Shown: positions 1 through 8,917, counted from the first letter of the stretch. The stretch is 64,000 nucleotides of DNA from an uncultured Bifidobacteriaceae bacterium (GCA_964574545.1 CAZNOC010000001.1:3245-67244); one strand, 5' to 3'. Numbers and translations: made by a program. The notes: generated from the sequence alone by a model not told the origin.

Positions 1-63
1 GCGGGCACCGCACCTACCAGGTGTTGCGGCGGTCCGGGGGGCGTGCTACCATCCGGCCGCTTC

Positions 64-330
64 ATGGATCTCTTTCACGGCCTCTTCCAATTGATCACCG
101 GCACCGACGGCCAGCCGCGGCTGGCGCGGCCCGACGAGCCACCGACCACGCTTCCCGACCCGGCGACCGGCCGGCTGCTGCGGATCGCCACGGTCGAGTC
201 GCGCACGCGCGCCATCTGCCCGCGATGTGAGCACGCGGGCGAAGGCGGATACGTCTCGTTCGAGTCGGATCTGCGTCTGGCGTATGCCTGTCCGAGTTGC
301 CGGACGTTGGTCTGGCTCGCCGGCGCCTGA
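64..330 (+). CDS. small hypothetical protein with two CxxC pairs (zinc-ribbon-like)
   Basis: ORF track 43..330 (GTG at 43, first ATG at 64). CPRC and CPSC pairs are separated by 20 residues. Third codon positions are G/C-rich, as in the neighbouring genes. Confidence 0.4.
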   Translation: MDLFHGLFQLITGTDGQPRLARPDEPPTTLPDPATGRLLRIATVESRTRAICPRCEHAGEGGYVSFESDLRLAYACPSCRTLVWLAGA

Positions 331-349
331 GCGACGGCGCTCGCGGCGG

Positions 350-829
350 TCACCACTCGACGTTCGCACTCTCCGTCCACCACCAGACGACCAGCCCCAG
401 AGCCAGCAGCCCTGCCGACATGCTGTACACCGGCAGCTGGGGCGTGATCCGCTCGCCGGCCAACGAGACGGCCTCGCGCACGAGGCCGGCCATGTCGGCC
501 CCGACGACGACCAGGCCGCTGGTCCAGGCCAGACCGGCGACCCCCCCGGCGATCAGGATCAGCCCCGCGGCAATCGCGACGTTGAAGCCGGTATCGAGCG
601 CCTGCTCCGCGCGCCACCGGTCACGCCGCACCCGAGCCATGACGTCCGCGGTGAACGACGCCGGAGGAGACGCGACGGGCAGCGTCGGCAGCAGCCGGTC
701 GATGGCCTGCGCGAGGGCGAACCGCGACCGGCACCGCAGGCACGTCGAGACATGCGCGCTCTCGGCCATCGTCCAGGCGGTCCCGTCGGCCACTGCCTCG
801 AGTCGCGTGTCAAGGTCGTCGCACGTCAC
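350..829 (-). CDS. anti-sigma factor (zf-HC2 type), membrane-anchored
   Basis: N-terminal 'HVSTCLRC' fits the H-x3-C-x2-C zf-HC2 signature. The C-terminal half is hydrophobic. Its start overlaps the stop of the upstream ECF sigma gene (826-829). Confidence 0.7.
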   Translation of the reverse strand: MTCDDLDTRLEAVADGTAWTMAESAHVSTCLRCRSRFALAQAIDRLLPTLPVASPPASFTADVMARVRRDRWRAEQALDTGFNVAIAAGLILIAGGVAGLAWTSGLVVVGADMAGLVREAVSLAGERITPQLPVYSMSAGLLALGLVVWWWTESANVEW

Positions 830-1371
830 CGCCCACCTTCCTCTTCGAGCATTTCCCGCAGCAGGCGCTTGGCGCGGTGCAGATGTGTCTTCACCGTGCC
901 CATCGGCAGGTTCAGCGCCTCAGCCAGCTCCTCGTACTTCATCCCGCGCAGGTAGTGTCCGGCGACCAGTACCCGATAGCGGGCCGGCAGACGCCGGAGC
1001 GCCTTGTCCAGCCGGTCACGGAGTTCGACGTCCCCGTGCGCGGGGTCGGGCGCGCCCGGCTCACGCGCCGGGCGGTCAGGGTCTCCAGGATCGAGGGGCA
1101 CCTCGCGCACCCGCCGCTCCTCGGCGCACAGGTTGACGACGATCCGGTAGATCCACGTCGAGAGTCGGGCGTCGCCCCGGAAGTAAGGCAGCCCGCGGTA
1201 CACCTTGAGGAAGACCTCCTGCGCCAGTTCCTCGGCCCGGGAGCGGTCGCGCACCGTCCGCGCCACGAGCGCGAAGACCAGGCCCTTGTAGCGATCGACG
1301 AGTTCGCGAAACGCGAACTCGTCCCCTTGCCGGCACCGCGCGACGAGGGCCGATTCAGACGCGTCTGACAT
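826..1371 (-). CDS. ECF-family RNA polymerase sigma-70 factor
   Basis: Region 2-like 'FRELVDRYKGLVFALVAR...EELAQEVFLKVY' and region 4 HTH 'YEELAEALNLPMGTVKTHLHRAKRLL'. Size 181 aa. Followed by a coupled anti-sigma gene. Confidence 0.85.
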   Translation of the reverse strand: MSDASESALVARCRQGDEFAFRELVDRYKGLVFALVARTVRDRSRAEELAQEVFLKVYRGLPYFRGDARLSTWIYRIVVNLCAEERRVREVPLDPGDPDRPAREPGAPDPAHGDVELRDRLDKALRRLPARYRVLVAGHYLRGMKYEELAEALNLPMGTVKTHLHRAKRLLREMLEEEGGR

Positions 1372-1435
1372 CCGTCATGCCCACATTAGAATGGGCAGCC
1401 GTCCGGATTGTTTCACCGTCATGAGCCCGACGCCC

Positions 1436-1465
1436 TGAAACATTTGGCGCCCCCCCCCGGTCTAA
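1436..1465 (+). promoter_or_regulatory. possible ECF-type promoter (TGAAAC ... GTCTAA) with a C9 tract in the spacer
   Basis: TGAAAC at 1436-1441 and GTCTAA at 1460-1465, about 30 nt upstream of the 1496 start. A run of nine C (1450-1458) lies between them. Called by motif resemblance only. Confidence 0.3.
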
Positions 1466-1495
1466 GCTACGCATCGGAAAGGGGCCGGAGCTGCC

Positions 1496-1879
1496 ATGCA
1501 AGAGACTGCGATCTATCTGCTGCCCGCGCTCGCCATGGTTGGCGGGATCGCGATCGTGCTGTTCGCGATGGCGCAGCACTCGAAACGACGGGAGTTGGCG
1601 CACCGGGAGCGGATGGCGATGATCGAACGCGGGTTGATCCCGTCGCCCGAACAGGACCCCCAACGCTTCGAGGCCCTCGCACACGGAGGCGACGCCCCGC
1701 CCCGCCCCACCCGTTCGCTCTCTGCCGGCATCGTCGTGATTGGCCTGGGTCTTGGCCTCATGTTGCTCATCGGGGTCGCCGGGGAGTCACCAGCGGTCGG
1801 ACTTGGTGTCGGAGGCGCCATCGTCGTGACCGGGGCGGCCTTCGTCGTCAACGCGGTTGTCATGCGCCGGGCTGGCTGA
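1496..1879 (+). CDS. small integral membrane protein (function unknown), divergent from the ECF sigma operon
   Basis: 127 aa. N-terminal TM 'IYLLPALAMVGGIAIVLFAMA', a charged linker, then a Gly/Val-rich C-terminal double TM. GGAAAGGGG lies upstream of the ATG. Confidence 0.6.
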   Translation: MQETAIYLLPALAMVGGIAIVLFAMAQHSKRRELAHRERMAMIERGLIPSPEQDPQRFEALAHGGDAPPRPTRSLSAGIVVIGLGLGLMLLIGVAGESPAVGLGVGGAIVVTGAAFVVNAVVMRRAG

Positions 1880-2083
1880 CCCTCGTCCATCGACTCCCAC
1901 CACCACGCGGCCGCATGGGCTGCACGCAGTCGCCGGCGATGCCTGTCTCCCCGGCCACCTGCATCCGATAGATCTGACGGCGGCCCGTTCGTCGCACGGT
2001 GCCGCTTGTCCCGGGCGTGGCGCAACGGTCGCCATTGGGCATCAAGAACAAGAAGTCGCTCAGAGTTCCTGGATGTACCTGTG

Positions 2084-2099
2084 TGGCAAGCTTGTTGCA
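2084..2099 (+). promoter_or_regulatory. sigma-54 (-24/-12) type promoter candidate TGGCAA-N5-TTGCA
   Basis: TGGCAAGCTTGTTGCA has GG (2085-2086) and GC (2097-2098) at the canonical 12-nt register. It sits in the lower-GC intergenic region just upstream of the first gene of the polysaccharide operon. Confidence 0.45.
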
Positions 2100-2114
2100 A
2101 TAGAGTCTCTGTAA

Positions 2115-2753
2115 GTGAGAGGGCGAAGCTGTACCGTCGTGATTCTGGTGGCCAATCTCGCGGCCTGCGCGCCCGACCCGACGGCGCCGCACCCGTCGTA
2201 CGACCCTGTGACGCGCATGCTGGTCCGCCTCGATGTGGACCAGGACGGCGACGGACGCGTGGATGCGCGCACCTATCTCCTTGGCAACCGGCCGCTTCGC
2301 GCGGAACTCGACCTGGCAGGTACGGGGGTGATCGACCGGTGGGAGTACTTTGATGCGGCCGGAGCGCTGATCCTTGTGGGCACGTCCAGCTCTGGAGATG
2401 GCATCGAGGACACGTGGACGCACGCGGAGTCGCCGGAGGGCGACCGTCGCGTGGACCGATCCACCCTTCGCGACCGACGGATCGACCGCCGCGAGCACTA
2501 CAGGGATGGGGTGCTCATTCGCTCGGAGGAGGACGTCAACGGCGACGGATTGCTGGATAAGTGGGAGACGTTCGAAGGGGGAACACTTCGTGTGGCGGCG
2601 TTCGACACCACGTACGGCGCCGGCCGGCCGGACCGGCGCGTGATCTACGGCCCCGACGGGCAGTTCTCACGCGTTGAGGTGGACCTCGACGGCGACGGGG
2701 CGTTCGACTCCGTCGGCCAGGAGGCGGAACTCGAACCCGGACCCCGCCCATGA
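2115..2753 (+). CDS. lipoprotein with repeated DxDGDG-type (EF-hand/dockerin-like) putative Ca2+-binding loops
   Basis: Lipobox 'LAAC' after 'MRGRSCTVVILVAN'. Repeats are 'DQDGDGRVD', 'SSGDGIEDTW', 'DVNGDGLLDKWE' and 'DLDGDGAFD'. GTG start at 2115; its stop overlaps the next start (ATGA 2750-2753). Confidence 0.65.
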   Translation: MRGRSCTVVILVANLAACAPDPTAPHPSYDPVTRMLVRLDVDQDGDGRVDARTYLLGNRPLRAELDLAGTGVIDRWEYFDAAGALILVGTSSSGDGIEDTWTHAESPEGDRRVDRSTLRDRRIDRREHYRDGVLIRSEEDVNGDGLLDKWETFEGGTLRVAAFDTTYGAGRPDRRVIYGPDGQFSRVEVDLDGDGAFDSVGQEAELEPGPRP

Positions 2754-4027
2754 CCCTCTCCGCCTCGGAACTCGCCGCCATGACCGTGACCCCCTCGCCG
2801 ACCCGCTGGCGCGTTGCGGCCGTCCTGCTGCTGAGCGGCGCTCTGCTTGTCGCGCCCTCCGTCGTGCTCGCCCAGGGGCCGCTGACCGACGGGTTTGGTG
2901 ACTCCGAGTCGACGACGTTCGCTTTCCGGATCGGACCCTTGCTGGTGACGCCCGGACTGACGGTGAGGGAGATCGGCGTCGACACCAACGTCTTCGACGA
3001 GCCCGTGGATCCCAAGCGCGACTTCACGGCGACGGTGTCGCCCGACCTCCGGTTCTTCATGCGCGTGGGGCTGATCCGGTTCACGGCCTCGAGCGCGGCC
3101 GACTTCACGTACTACCGCGAGTACGCGGACGAGCGGGGGATCAGCCGGCAGCTCAGGGCGCGCACGGATCTGCTGCTCGGCCGCGTGCAGCCCTGGGTGG
3201 CGGCCGCGTTCGTTCAGACGCGGGATCGGCCCAACGCGGAACTCGACCGCCGGGCTCGCCGGCATGGGCTCGAGTACTCCGGCGGACTGAACCTCGAGAT
3301 TTCACCCAGGTCCAGCGTGTTCATCGCGACGGCCCGCACCGAGACGAAGTTCCGCGAGTTCGAGGTGTTCCAGGGCGTCGATCTCGCCACGGCCCTCAAC
3401 CGCGAGAGCGAGATCATTGACGGGGGACTGCGAACCAGTCTGACGCCCTTCACCACGCTCACGCTGAGGGGAGGCGTCCAGCGCGACCGCTTCGTCCACG
3501 CTCCCCTGCGGAACTCCGACAGCACCGTGGTGTCGGCACAACTCGATATCGCGCCCGATGCCATCATCCGCGGGCGCGCCCGGATCGGCTACCGCGAGTT
3601 CGACCCCGTGGATCCGTCGATGGAAGGCCATCGGGGCGTGGTCGGGCTCCTCAGCGTCGGCTTCAGCGCCCTCGGGGCGGCGCGGTTCGACGTGGCCGGG
3701 ACGCGCGATGTGGAGTACTCGTTCGAAGAGAGTGACGGGTATTTCGTCCAAACGGGCCTGGCTTTCACCTACACCCAGCGCCTCGGCGGTCCGTGGGACG
3801 TGCAGGGCCGCGCGGGGCGGAGCTGGCTCGACTATCGGTTGTCGGCGCGGTCTCCCGATGCCCGGAACGAACATGTGGACACGTATGCCGCTGGCGTTGG
3901 TTACAATTTGCAGGATCGGTCCCGTATCGGGCTGAGCTACGAGTACGCCGAACGGAGTGCGCCCACGCGGGCCGACCGCCGCTACGATCGGCGACGCATC
4001 TTCGGATCGTGGACCTACGAGTTCTGA
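2750..4027 (+). CDS. outer-membrane beta-barrel protein, candidate polysaccharide secretion porin (Wzp/EpsL-like)
   Basis: Signal peptide 'RWRVAAVLLLSGALLVAPSVVLAQG'. Alternating amphipathic strands throughout, with a C-terminal 'GSWTYEF' aromatic terminus typical of OMPs. Located immediately upstream of wza. Confidence 0.6.
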   Translation: MTLSASELAAMTVTPSPTRWRVAAVLLLSGALLVAPSVVLAQGPLTDGFGDSESTTFAFRIGPLLVTPGLTVREIGVDTNVFDEPVDPKRDFTATVSPDLRFFMRVGLIRFTASSAADFTYYREYADERGISRQLRARTDLLLGRVQPWVAAAFVQTRDRPNAELDRRARRHGLEYSGGLNLEISPRSSVFIATARTETKFREFEVFQGVDLATALNRESEIIDGGLRTSLTPFTTLTLRGGVQRDRFVHAPLRNSDSTVVSAQLDIAPDAIIRGRARIGYREFDPVDPSMEGHRGVVGLLSVGFSALGAARFDVAGTRDVEYSFEESDGYFVQTGLAFTYTQRLGGPWDVQGRAGRSWLDYRLSARSPDARNEHVDTYAAGVGYNLQDRSRIGLSYEYAERSAPTRADRRYDRRRIFGSWTYEF

Positions 4028-4055
4028 GGCGATTCCATTCGCCAGGCGAGAAAAC

Positions 4056-4913
4056 ATGACTAACCACCTGCTCGCCCTAGCGCTTGCTGGGGCCGTCGTC
4101 CAGGCGGCGGTCCCCCCACCGGTCCAGGTGCCCACGCCGCAACCGCCGGCGGCTGCGGAGGCCACCTACAAGATCGGCGCCCAGGACGTCGTGCGCGTCA
4201 CCGTGTACGACGAGCCCACGCTCAGCGGCTCGTTCCGGATCGATGCGGATGGCAGCATCAGCTACCCGATCCTGGGGCGGGTCGAGGTAGGAGGGTTGAC
4301 GGTCCGCGACGTCGAGGCGCGCCTCACCACCCTCCTGCAGGACGGGTACGTGCGCCGGCCCCAGGTGTCGGTCGAGATCGAGCAGTACCGCAGCCGCAGC
4401 ATCTTCATCATGGGGGAGGTGCGATCGCCCGGCAAGTACCCGCTCGCGGGCGAGGTCACGCTGCTCGAAGTCCTCGCCCTGGCCGGTTCCTTCACGGCCA
4501 CCGCGAGCAGCGACCTCATCGTGCTGCGCTCGCGCGATCCGGGACGCTCTGAGTCGCCCGCGCTGCCGGATGACGAATCGAGCGCCGAGATCCTGAGGAT
4601 CAACCGCGAGGATCTGCAGACGGGCCGTCTCTCCAGCAACCTGATCCTGCAGGACGGCGACACCATCTTCGTCCCCATCGTCGAGCGGTTCTACATCACC
4701 GGGCACGTGCGCACGCCGGGCTCGTACGTCCTCGAGAAGGGGATGACGGTGCAGCAGGCCATCGCCGTGGCCGGCGGTCTCACCGAGCGCGGGTCCAACC
4801 GGCGCATGAAGGTACGCCGCGAGATCAGGGGTGAGTTCAAGGAGGTGGGCATCGGGCTCACCGATCCGGTGCTGGCCGGGGACACGATCATGATCGCGCA
4901 GCGCTGGATCTGA
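4056..4913 (+). CDS. wza: polysaccharide export protein, OPX family (short Wza without C-terminal helix)
   Basis: The ATG at 4056 gives the signal peptide 'MTNHLLALALAGAVVQA'. Poly_export-like 'YKIGAQDVVRVTVYDEPTLSGSFRIDADGSISYPILGRVEVGGLTVRDVE' is followed by two SLBB-like segments. The protein ends right after 'GDTIMIAQRWI' (285 aa). Confidence 0.85.
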   Translation: MTNHLLALALAGAVVQAAVPPPVQVPTPQPPAAAEATYKIGAQDVVRVTVYDEPTLSGSFRIDADGSISYPILGRVEVGGLTVRDVEARLTTLLQDGYVRRPQVSVEIEQYRSRSIFIMGEVRSPGKYPLAGEVTLLEVLALAGSFTATASSDLIVLRSRDPGRSESPALPDDESSAEILRINREDLQTGRLSSNLILQDGDTIFVPIVERFYITGHVRTPGSYVLEKGMTVQQAIAVAGGLTERGSNRRMKVRREIRGEFKEVGIGLTDPVLAGDTIMIAQRWI

Positions 4914-4965
4914 CATCGGCGAAGCGTCCGCGCGGCGCCTTCCCACCCGTCCCGTTACCTTTCAA

Positions 4966-6834
4966 ATGTGCGGCATTGCCGGCGTCGTGCGCTTCGCGGC
5001 GCCGGCGATCGACGACGAACTGGCCCCACGGCTGCTGGCCGAGCTGGCGCATCGCGGCCCCGACGGCGCCGGCATCCACCGGGATCCGTCCGGCCTCGCG
5101 TGCCTCGTGCACCGTCGCCTCGCGATCATCGATCCCGGCGAGGGCGGCCGTCAGCCGATGTCGTCGGCCGACGGCCGGTACTGGCTGGTCTTCAACGGAG
5201 AGATCTACAACCACCGCGAGCTGCGAGCGGCGCTGGGCGTGGCTGGGCCGTGGCGCTCCGCGAGCGACACCGAAGTGCTGCTGACTCTCGTCGCCCGCGA
5301 AGGGCCGGCCGCGCTCTCGCAACTCCGCGGCATGTTCGCATTCGCGCTTTGGGACGAGGCAGAGCGCACCTTGCTCCTGGCCCGTGACCGCTTCGGGATC
5401 AAGCCGTTGTACTGGTCGGCAACGGACGGACGGGTCGCGTTTGCCTCCGAGGTCGGCGCGCTCGTCCGGTCGGGTCTGGTGGCGCGCCGCCCAAGCGCGG
5501 CGGGCGTCACAGCCTACGTGCGATGGGCCAGCATCCCGCCGCCCCTCACGTGGGTCGACGGCGTGGCGGCGCTCGTGCCGGGCACGTGGCGCCGGTGGGA
5601 TCGGAATGGACACGAGGCGTCAGGACGGTTTGCGGACGTGCGGGACGCCTGGGTCACCACCACGGCGGCCCGGTCGCAGGGCCCTGGCGAGGTGCGGGCC
5701 GGCGTTGAAGCCGGCCTGGTCGATGCCGTACGAGCGCACCTGGTGGCGGACGTGCCGGTCGGGGTCTTCCTCTCGGGAGGACTCGACTCGGCCGCGATTG
5801 TCAAGGCGTGCCGTGCCGCTGGACCGTCGGTCATCCGGACATTCACCGTGGTGACCGATGAGAACGCCTCGTCGGAGGCGGCGCAGGCCGGCGCGATCGC
5901 TCGCGCGTACGAGACCGACCACCAGGTGCTCCACGTGGACGCATCGCGGGTGATCGATGACTGGCCCCGGATTCTCCGGCACCTGGACCAGCCCACGGCC
6001 GACGGTGTGAACACCTTCGTCGTGGCGGGTGCGGTCGCCGGCGCCGGCCTGAAGTGCGTGCTCTCCGGCGTGGGCGGCGATGAACTGCTCGGCGGGTACC
6101 CGTCGTTCGCCCGGCTTCCGGCCGCCGCGGCGCTGACCCGCGTGGCACCGCGCCTCGCCGCCCGCGCGGGCGGGCTGCTTGCGGCGCTGGCGCCGGCGCA
6201 TCAGGCCGCGCGGTGGCGTCATGCCTCGAGCAGCGGGGGAGACCTGCCGGAGTTGTACCGCGCGAGCCGCGGGTTCTTCATGCCTGGTGAGCTGACGCGA
6301 ATCGCCGGCCCCGCGCTCCTCGACAGGCCCGAGGTGGCCGCCGAGGTTGCGGCGATCGAAGCCGACATGCTCGCCGCCGCCGGGCCGGAGCGTGCCACGG
6401 CGTCCGTGGCGCGTCTCGAAACCTGCGGCTACCTCCGGCAGCAGCTGCTCCGGGACGTCGATGTGATGTCGATGGCCCACGGGGTGGAGGTACGTACGCC
6501 GTTCGTGGATCACGCGCTGCTGGACGTCGCCTGGCCGGCCCTTGGCGCCCATCCGGGCCTCGTGCGCGACAAGCAGGTGCTGCGCAGATGGCTGTCGGCT
6601 GATCTGCCCGCCGTGTCGCGTCGGCCAAAGCAGGGCTTTCTGCTCCCGTTCGATCGCTGGATCGACGGCCCGCTGCGCGACCTCGTGCGCGGGGGGCTGG
6701 ACGATCTCGCGGCGGACGGCTGGGTGGCGCGCGGCGTGCCCGACACGATCTGGGCGGCATGGCAGGCCCGCCGCCTGCACTGGACTCGCCCGTGGGGCCT
6801 GGCGGTCCTCGGCCGCTTCCTTGGTCATGGCTGA
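4966..6834 (+). CDS. asparagine synthase (glutamine-hydrolysing) family amidotransferase
   Basis: Starts 'MCGIAGV' (Ntn Cys2 nucleophile). PP-loop 'FLSGGLDSAAI'. 622 aa. Confidence 0.85.
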   Translation: MCGIAGVVRFAAPAIDDELAPRLLAELAHRGPDGAGIHRDPSGLACLVHRRLAIIDPGEGGRQPMSSADGRYWLVFNGEIYNHRELRAALGVAGPWRSASDTEVLLTLVAREGPAALSQLRGMFAFALWDEAERTLLLARDRFGIKPLYWSATDGRVAFASEVGALVRSGLVARRPSAAGVTAYVRWASIPPPLTWVDGVAALVPGTWRRWDRNGHEASGRFADVRDAWVTTTAARSQGPGEVRAGVEAGLVDAVRAHLVADVPVGVFLSGGLDSAAIVKACRAAGPSVIRTFTVVTDENASSEAAQAGAIARAYETDHQVLHVDASRVIDDWPRILRHLDQPTADGVNTFVVAGAVAGAGLKCVLSGVGGDELLGGYPSFARLPAAAALTRVAPRLAARAGGLLAALAPAHQAARWRHASSSGGDLPELYRASRGFFMPGELTRIAGPALLDRPEVAAEVAAIEADMLAAAGPERATASVARLETCGYLRQQLLRDVDVMSMAHGVEVRTPFVDHALLDVAWPALGAHPGLVRDKQVLRRWLSADLPAVSRRPKQGFLLPFDRWIDGPLRDLVRGGLDDLAADGWVARGVPDTIWAAWQARRLHWTRPWGLAVLGRFLGHG

Positions 6835-7654
6835 TCCGATCGTCACGGTGATCGACGCGGGTGTCCGCCTGCGCTCCGCCGCCGGGCGGGAGATGTGGGC
6901 GTTTCGCGAACTGCTGTACTTCCTCGTCTGGCGCGACCTCAAGGTACGGTACAAGCAAACCGCCCTGGGCGCCGCCTGGGCGCTCATCCAGCCGTTCGCG
7001 ACGATGGTCGTCTTCTCGCTGTTCTTCGGCCGGCTTGCGGGCGTGCCGTCGGACGGCGTCCCGTACCCGGTGTTCTCGTACGCCGCCCTCGTGCCCTGGA
7101 CCTACTTCTCCTCGGCGCTGGCCGGCGGCGCCAACTCCCTCATCGGCAGCCAGCACCTGATCTCGAAGGTGTACTTCCCGCGACTGCTCGTCCCGATGGC
7201 CGCCATCGTCACCCCCCTGGTCGATGCCGTGATCGCGCTCGGGCTGCTCGTGGTGCTGATGGCGTGGTTCGGCGTCCCGGCCGGGCTGCCGCTGCTGTGG
7301 CTGCCGGGCTTCGCCATCATTGCTGTGCTGACGGCCACGGCGGCGGGGCTCTGGCTGGCGGCGCTCAACGTGAAGTACCGCGATGTGCGGTACGTGATGC
7401 CGTTCCTGCTGCAGTTGTGGATGTTCATTACACCGGTCGCCTACCCGACCTCAATCGTGCCCGAGGCGTGGCGCGGGGTGTACGGGCTGAACCCGATGGT
7501 CACGGTGATCGAAGGGTTCCGCTGGTCGCTCATCGGCACGCCCGCGCCATCCCTCCCTATGGTCGCAGCGTCTTCGGTGGCCGTTGTCCTGCTGCTCGCG
7601 GGTGGGGTGTGGTACTTCCGCCGGATGGAATCGACCTTCGCGGATGTCATCTGA
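6827..7654 (+). CDS. wzm: ABC-2 type polysaccharide transporter permease
   Basis: The ATG at 6827 overlaps the asnB end by 8 nt. 'FRELLYFLVWRDLKVRYKQTALGAAWALIQPF' is the characteristic ABC2_membrane N-terminus. Six hydrophobic segments. Confidence 0.85.
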   Translation: MADPIVTVIDAGVRLRSAAGREMWAFRELLYFLVWRDLKVRYKQTALGAAWALIQPFATMVVFSLFFGRLAGVPSDGVPYPVFSYAALVPWTYFSSALAGGANSLIGSQHLISKVYFPRLLVPMAAIVTPLVDAVIALGLLVVLMAWFGVPAGLPLLWLPGFAIIAVLTATAAGLWLAALNVKYRDVRYVMPFLLQLWMFITPVAYPTSIVPEAWRGVYGLNPMVTVIEGFRWSLIGTPAPSLPMVAASSVAVVLLLAGGVWYFRRMESTFADVI

Positions 7655-7666
7655 GGTGGTAACGCG

Positions 7667-8917
7667 ATGAGCGCCGCGGCGGTCGCCGTTCAGGGCCTCG
7701 GCAAGCGCTACACGCTGGGCGCGGCGGCGCCACAGGGGCATCTGCGCGAGCGCCTGACCAGCGGAATGCGGGGATGGGCGCGCCGCCTCGGCGGCCGCTC
7801 TGCCCCGCGTGCCGCCGCGCCGACGATCTGGGCGCTGCGCGACGTATCGTTCGACGTCGCGCCCGGCGAAGTCGTCGGCATCATCGGCGGGAACGGCGCC
7901 GGCAAGTCCACGTTGCTCAAGATCCTGTCGCGCATCACGACGCCGACCGAGGGGCGTGCGGAGATCCGCGGTCGCGTCGGCTCGCTGCTCGAAGTCGGCA
8001 CGGGCTTTCATCCGGAGCTGACCGGGCGCGAGAACGTGTTCCTGAACGGTGCCATTCTCGGGATGGGGCGCGCCGAGATCCACCGCAAGTTCGACGCCAT
8101 CGTCGAGTTCGCCGAAGTCCCCACCTTCATCGATACGCCCGTGAAGTACTACTCGAGCGGGATGTATGTGCGGCTGGCGTTCGCGGTCGCCGCGCACCTC
8201 GAGCCGGAGATCCTGATCGTGGACGAGGTGCTCGCCGTCGGTGACGCCAAGTTCCAGAAGAAGTGCCTCGGCAAGATCGGCGAGGTCGCGCGCGGCGGGC
8301 GCACCGTGCTCTTCGTGAGCCACAACATGGCGGCCGTACAGCGGCTCTGCACGACGGCGGCGCTCCTCGAGCGTGGGCGCCTGGTCTACCGAGGCAGCCC
8401 GCGGACGGCCGTGGGACGCTACCTGTCCGGCGACAGCCGGCCGCGGTACGTCGCCGAGTACCGGACCGACGGCCCGCAGGTACTGCGGGCGGAGCTCCTC
8501 TCCGCGGAGGGCCATGCCCTCGCGCGCGCCATGACATCGGAACCCATCGTCGTCGAGATCGAGTACGTCGTGCCCGCGGGGTACCCCGATACCGCGGTGG
8601 GCATTGGGGTGCTGTCGGCCGATGGCGTGCCGATCTTCACGAGCGACCCGCGCGACGTGGGGGTGTCGCCACCCGGTGACGCCGGCGGCCACGTGGCGCG
8701 CATCACGATTCCGGCGGACGCCCTGCTCAGCGGGGACTTCCTCCTGGCCACGTGTTTGTGGAACGCGGCCGAGGTCATCGAACTGCAGGAGCCCGCACTG
8801 TCGTTCACCGTGGATCAGGGCCCGTCTGCCGTCTACGACTCGGCGCTCGAGCGGAAGGGGTTCGTCCAGCAGCCCTGCCGCTGGGAGTTCGGCGCCGTGC
8901 CAAAGGAGGCCTCCTGA
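7667..8917 (+). CDS. wzt: polysaccharide ABC transporter ATP-binding protein with C-terminal extension (Wzt_C-like)
   Basis: Walker A 'GGNGAGKST', signature 'YSSGM', Walker B 'ILIVDE'. About 165 extra C-terminal residues look beta-rich ('IVVEIEYVVPAG...VARITIPADAL...LSFTV'). GAGGTGG RBS at 7653-7659. Confidence 0.85.
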   Translation: MSAAAVAVQGLGKRYTLGAAAPQGHLRERLTSGMRGWARRLGGRSAPRAAAPTIWALRDVSFDVAPGEVVGIIGGNGAGKSTLLKILSRITTPTEGRAEIRGRVGSLLEVGTGFHPELTGRENVFLNGAILGMGRAEIHRKFDAIVEFAEVPTFIDTPVKYYSSGMYVRLAFAVAAHLEPEILIVDEVLAVGDAKFQKKCLGKIGEVARGGRTVLFVSHNMAAVQRLCTTAALLERGRLVYRGSPRTAVGRYLSGDSRPRYVAEYRTDGPQVLRAELLSAEGHALARAMTSEPIVVEIEYVVPAGYPDTAVGIGVLSADGVPIFTSDPRDVGVSPPGDAGGHVARITIPADALLSGDFLLATCLWNAAEVIELQEPALSFTVDQGPSAVYDSALERKGFVQQPCRWEFGAVPKEAS

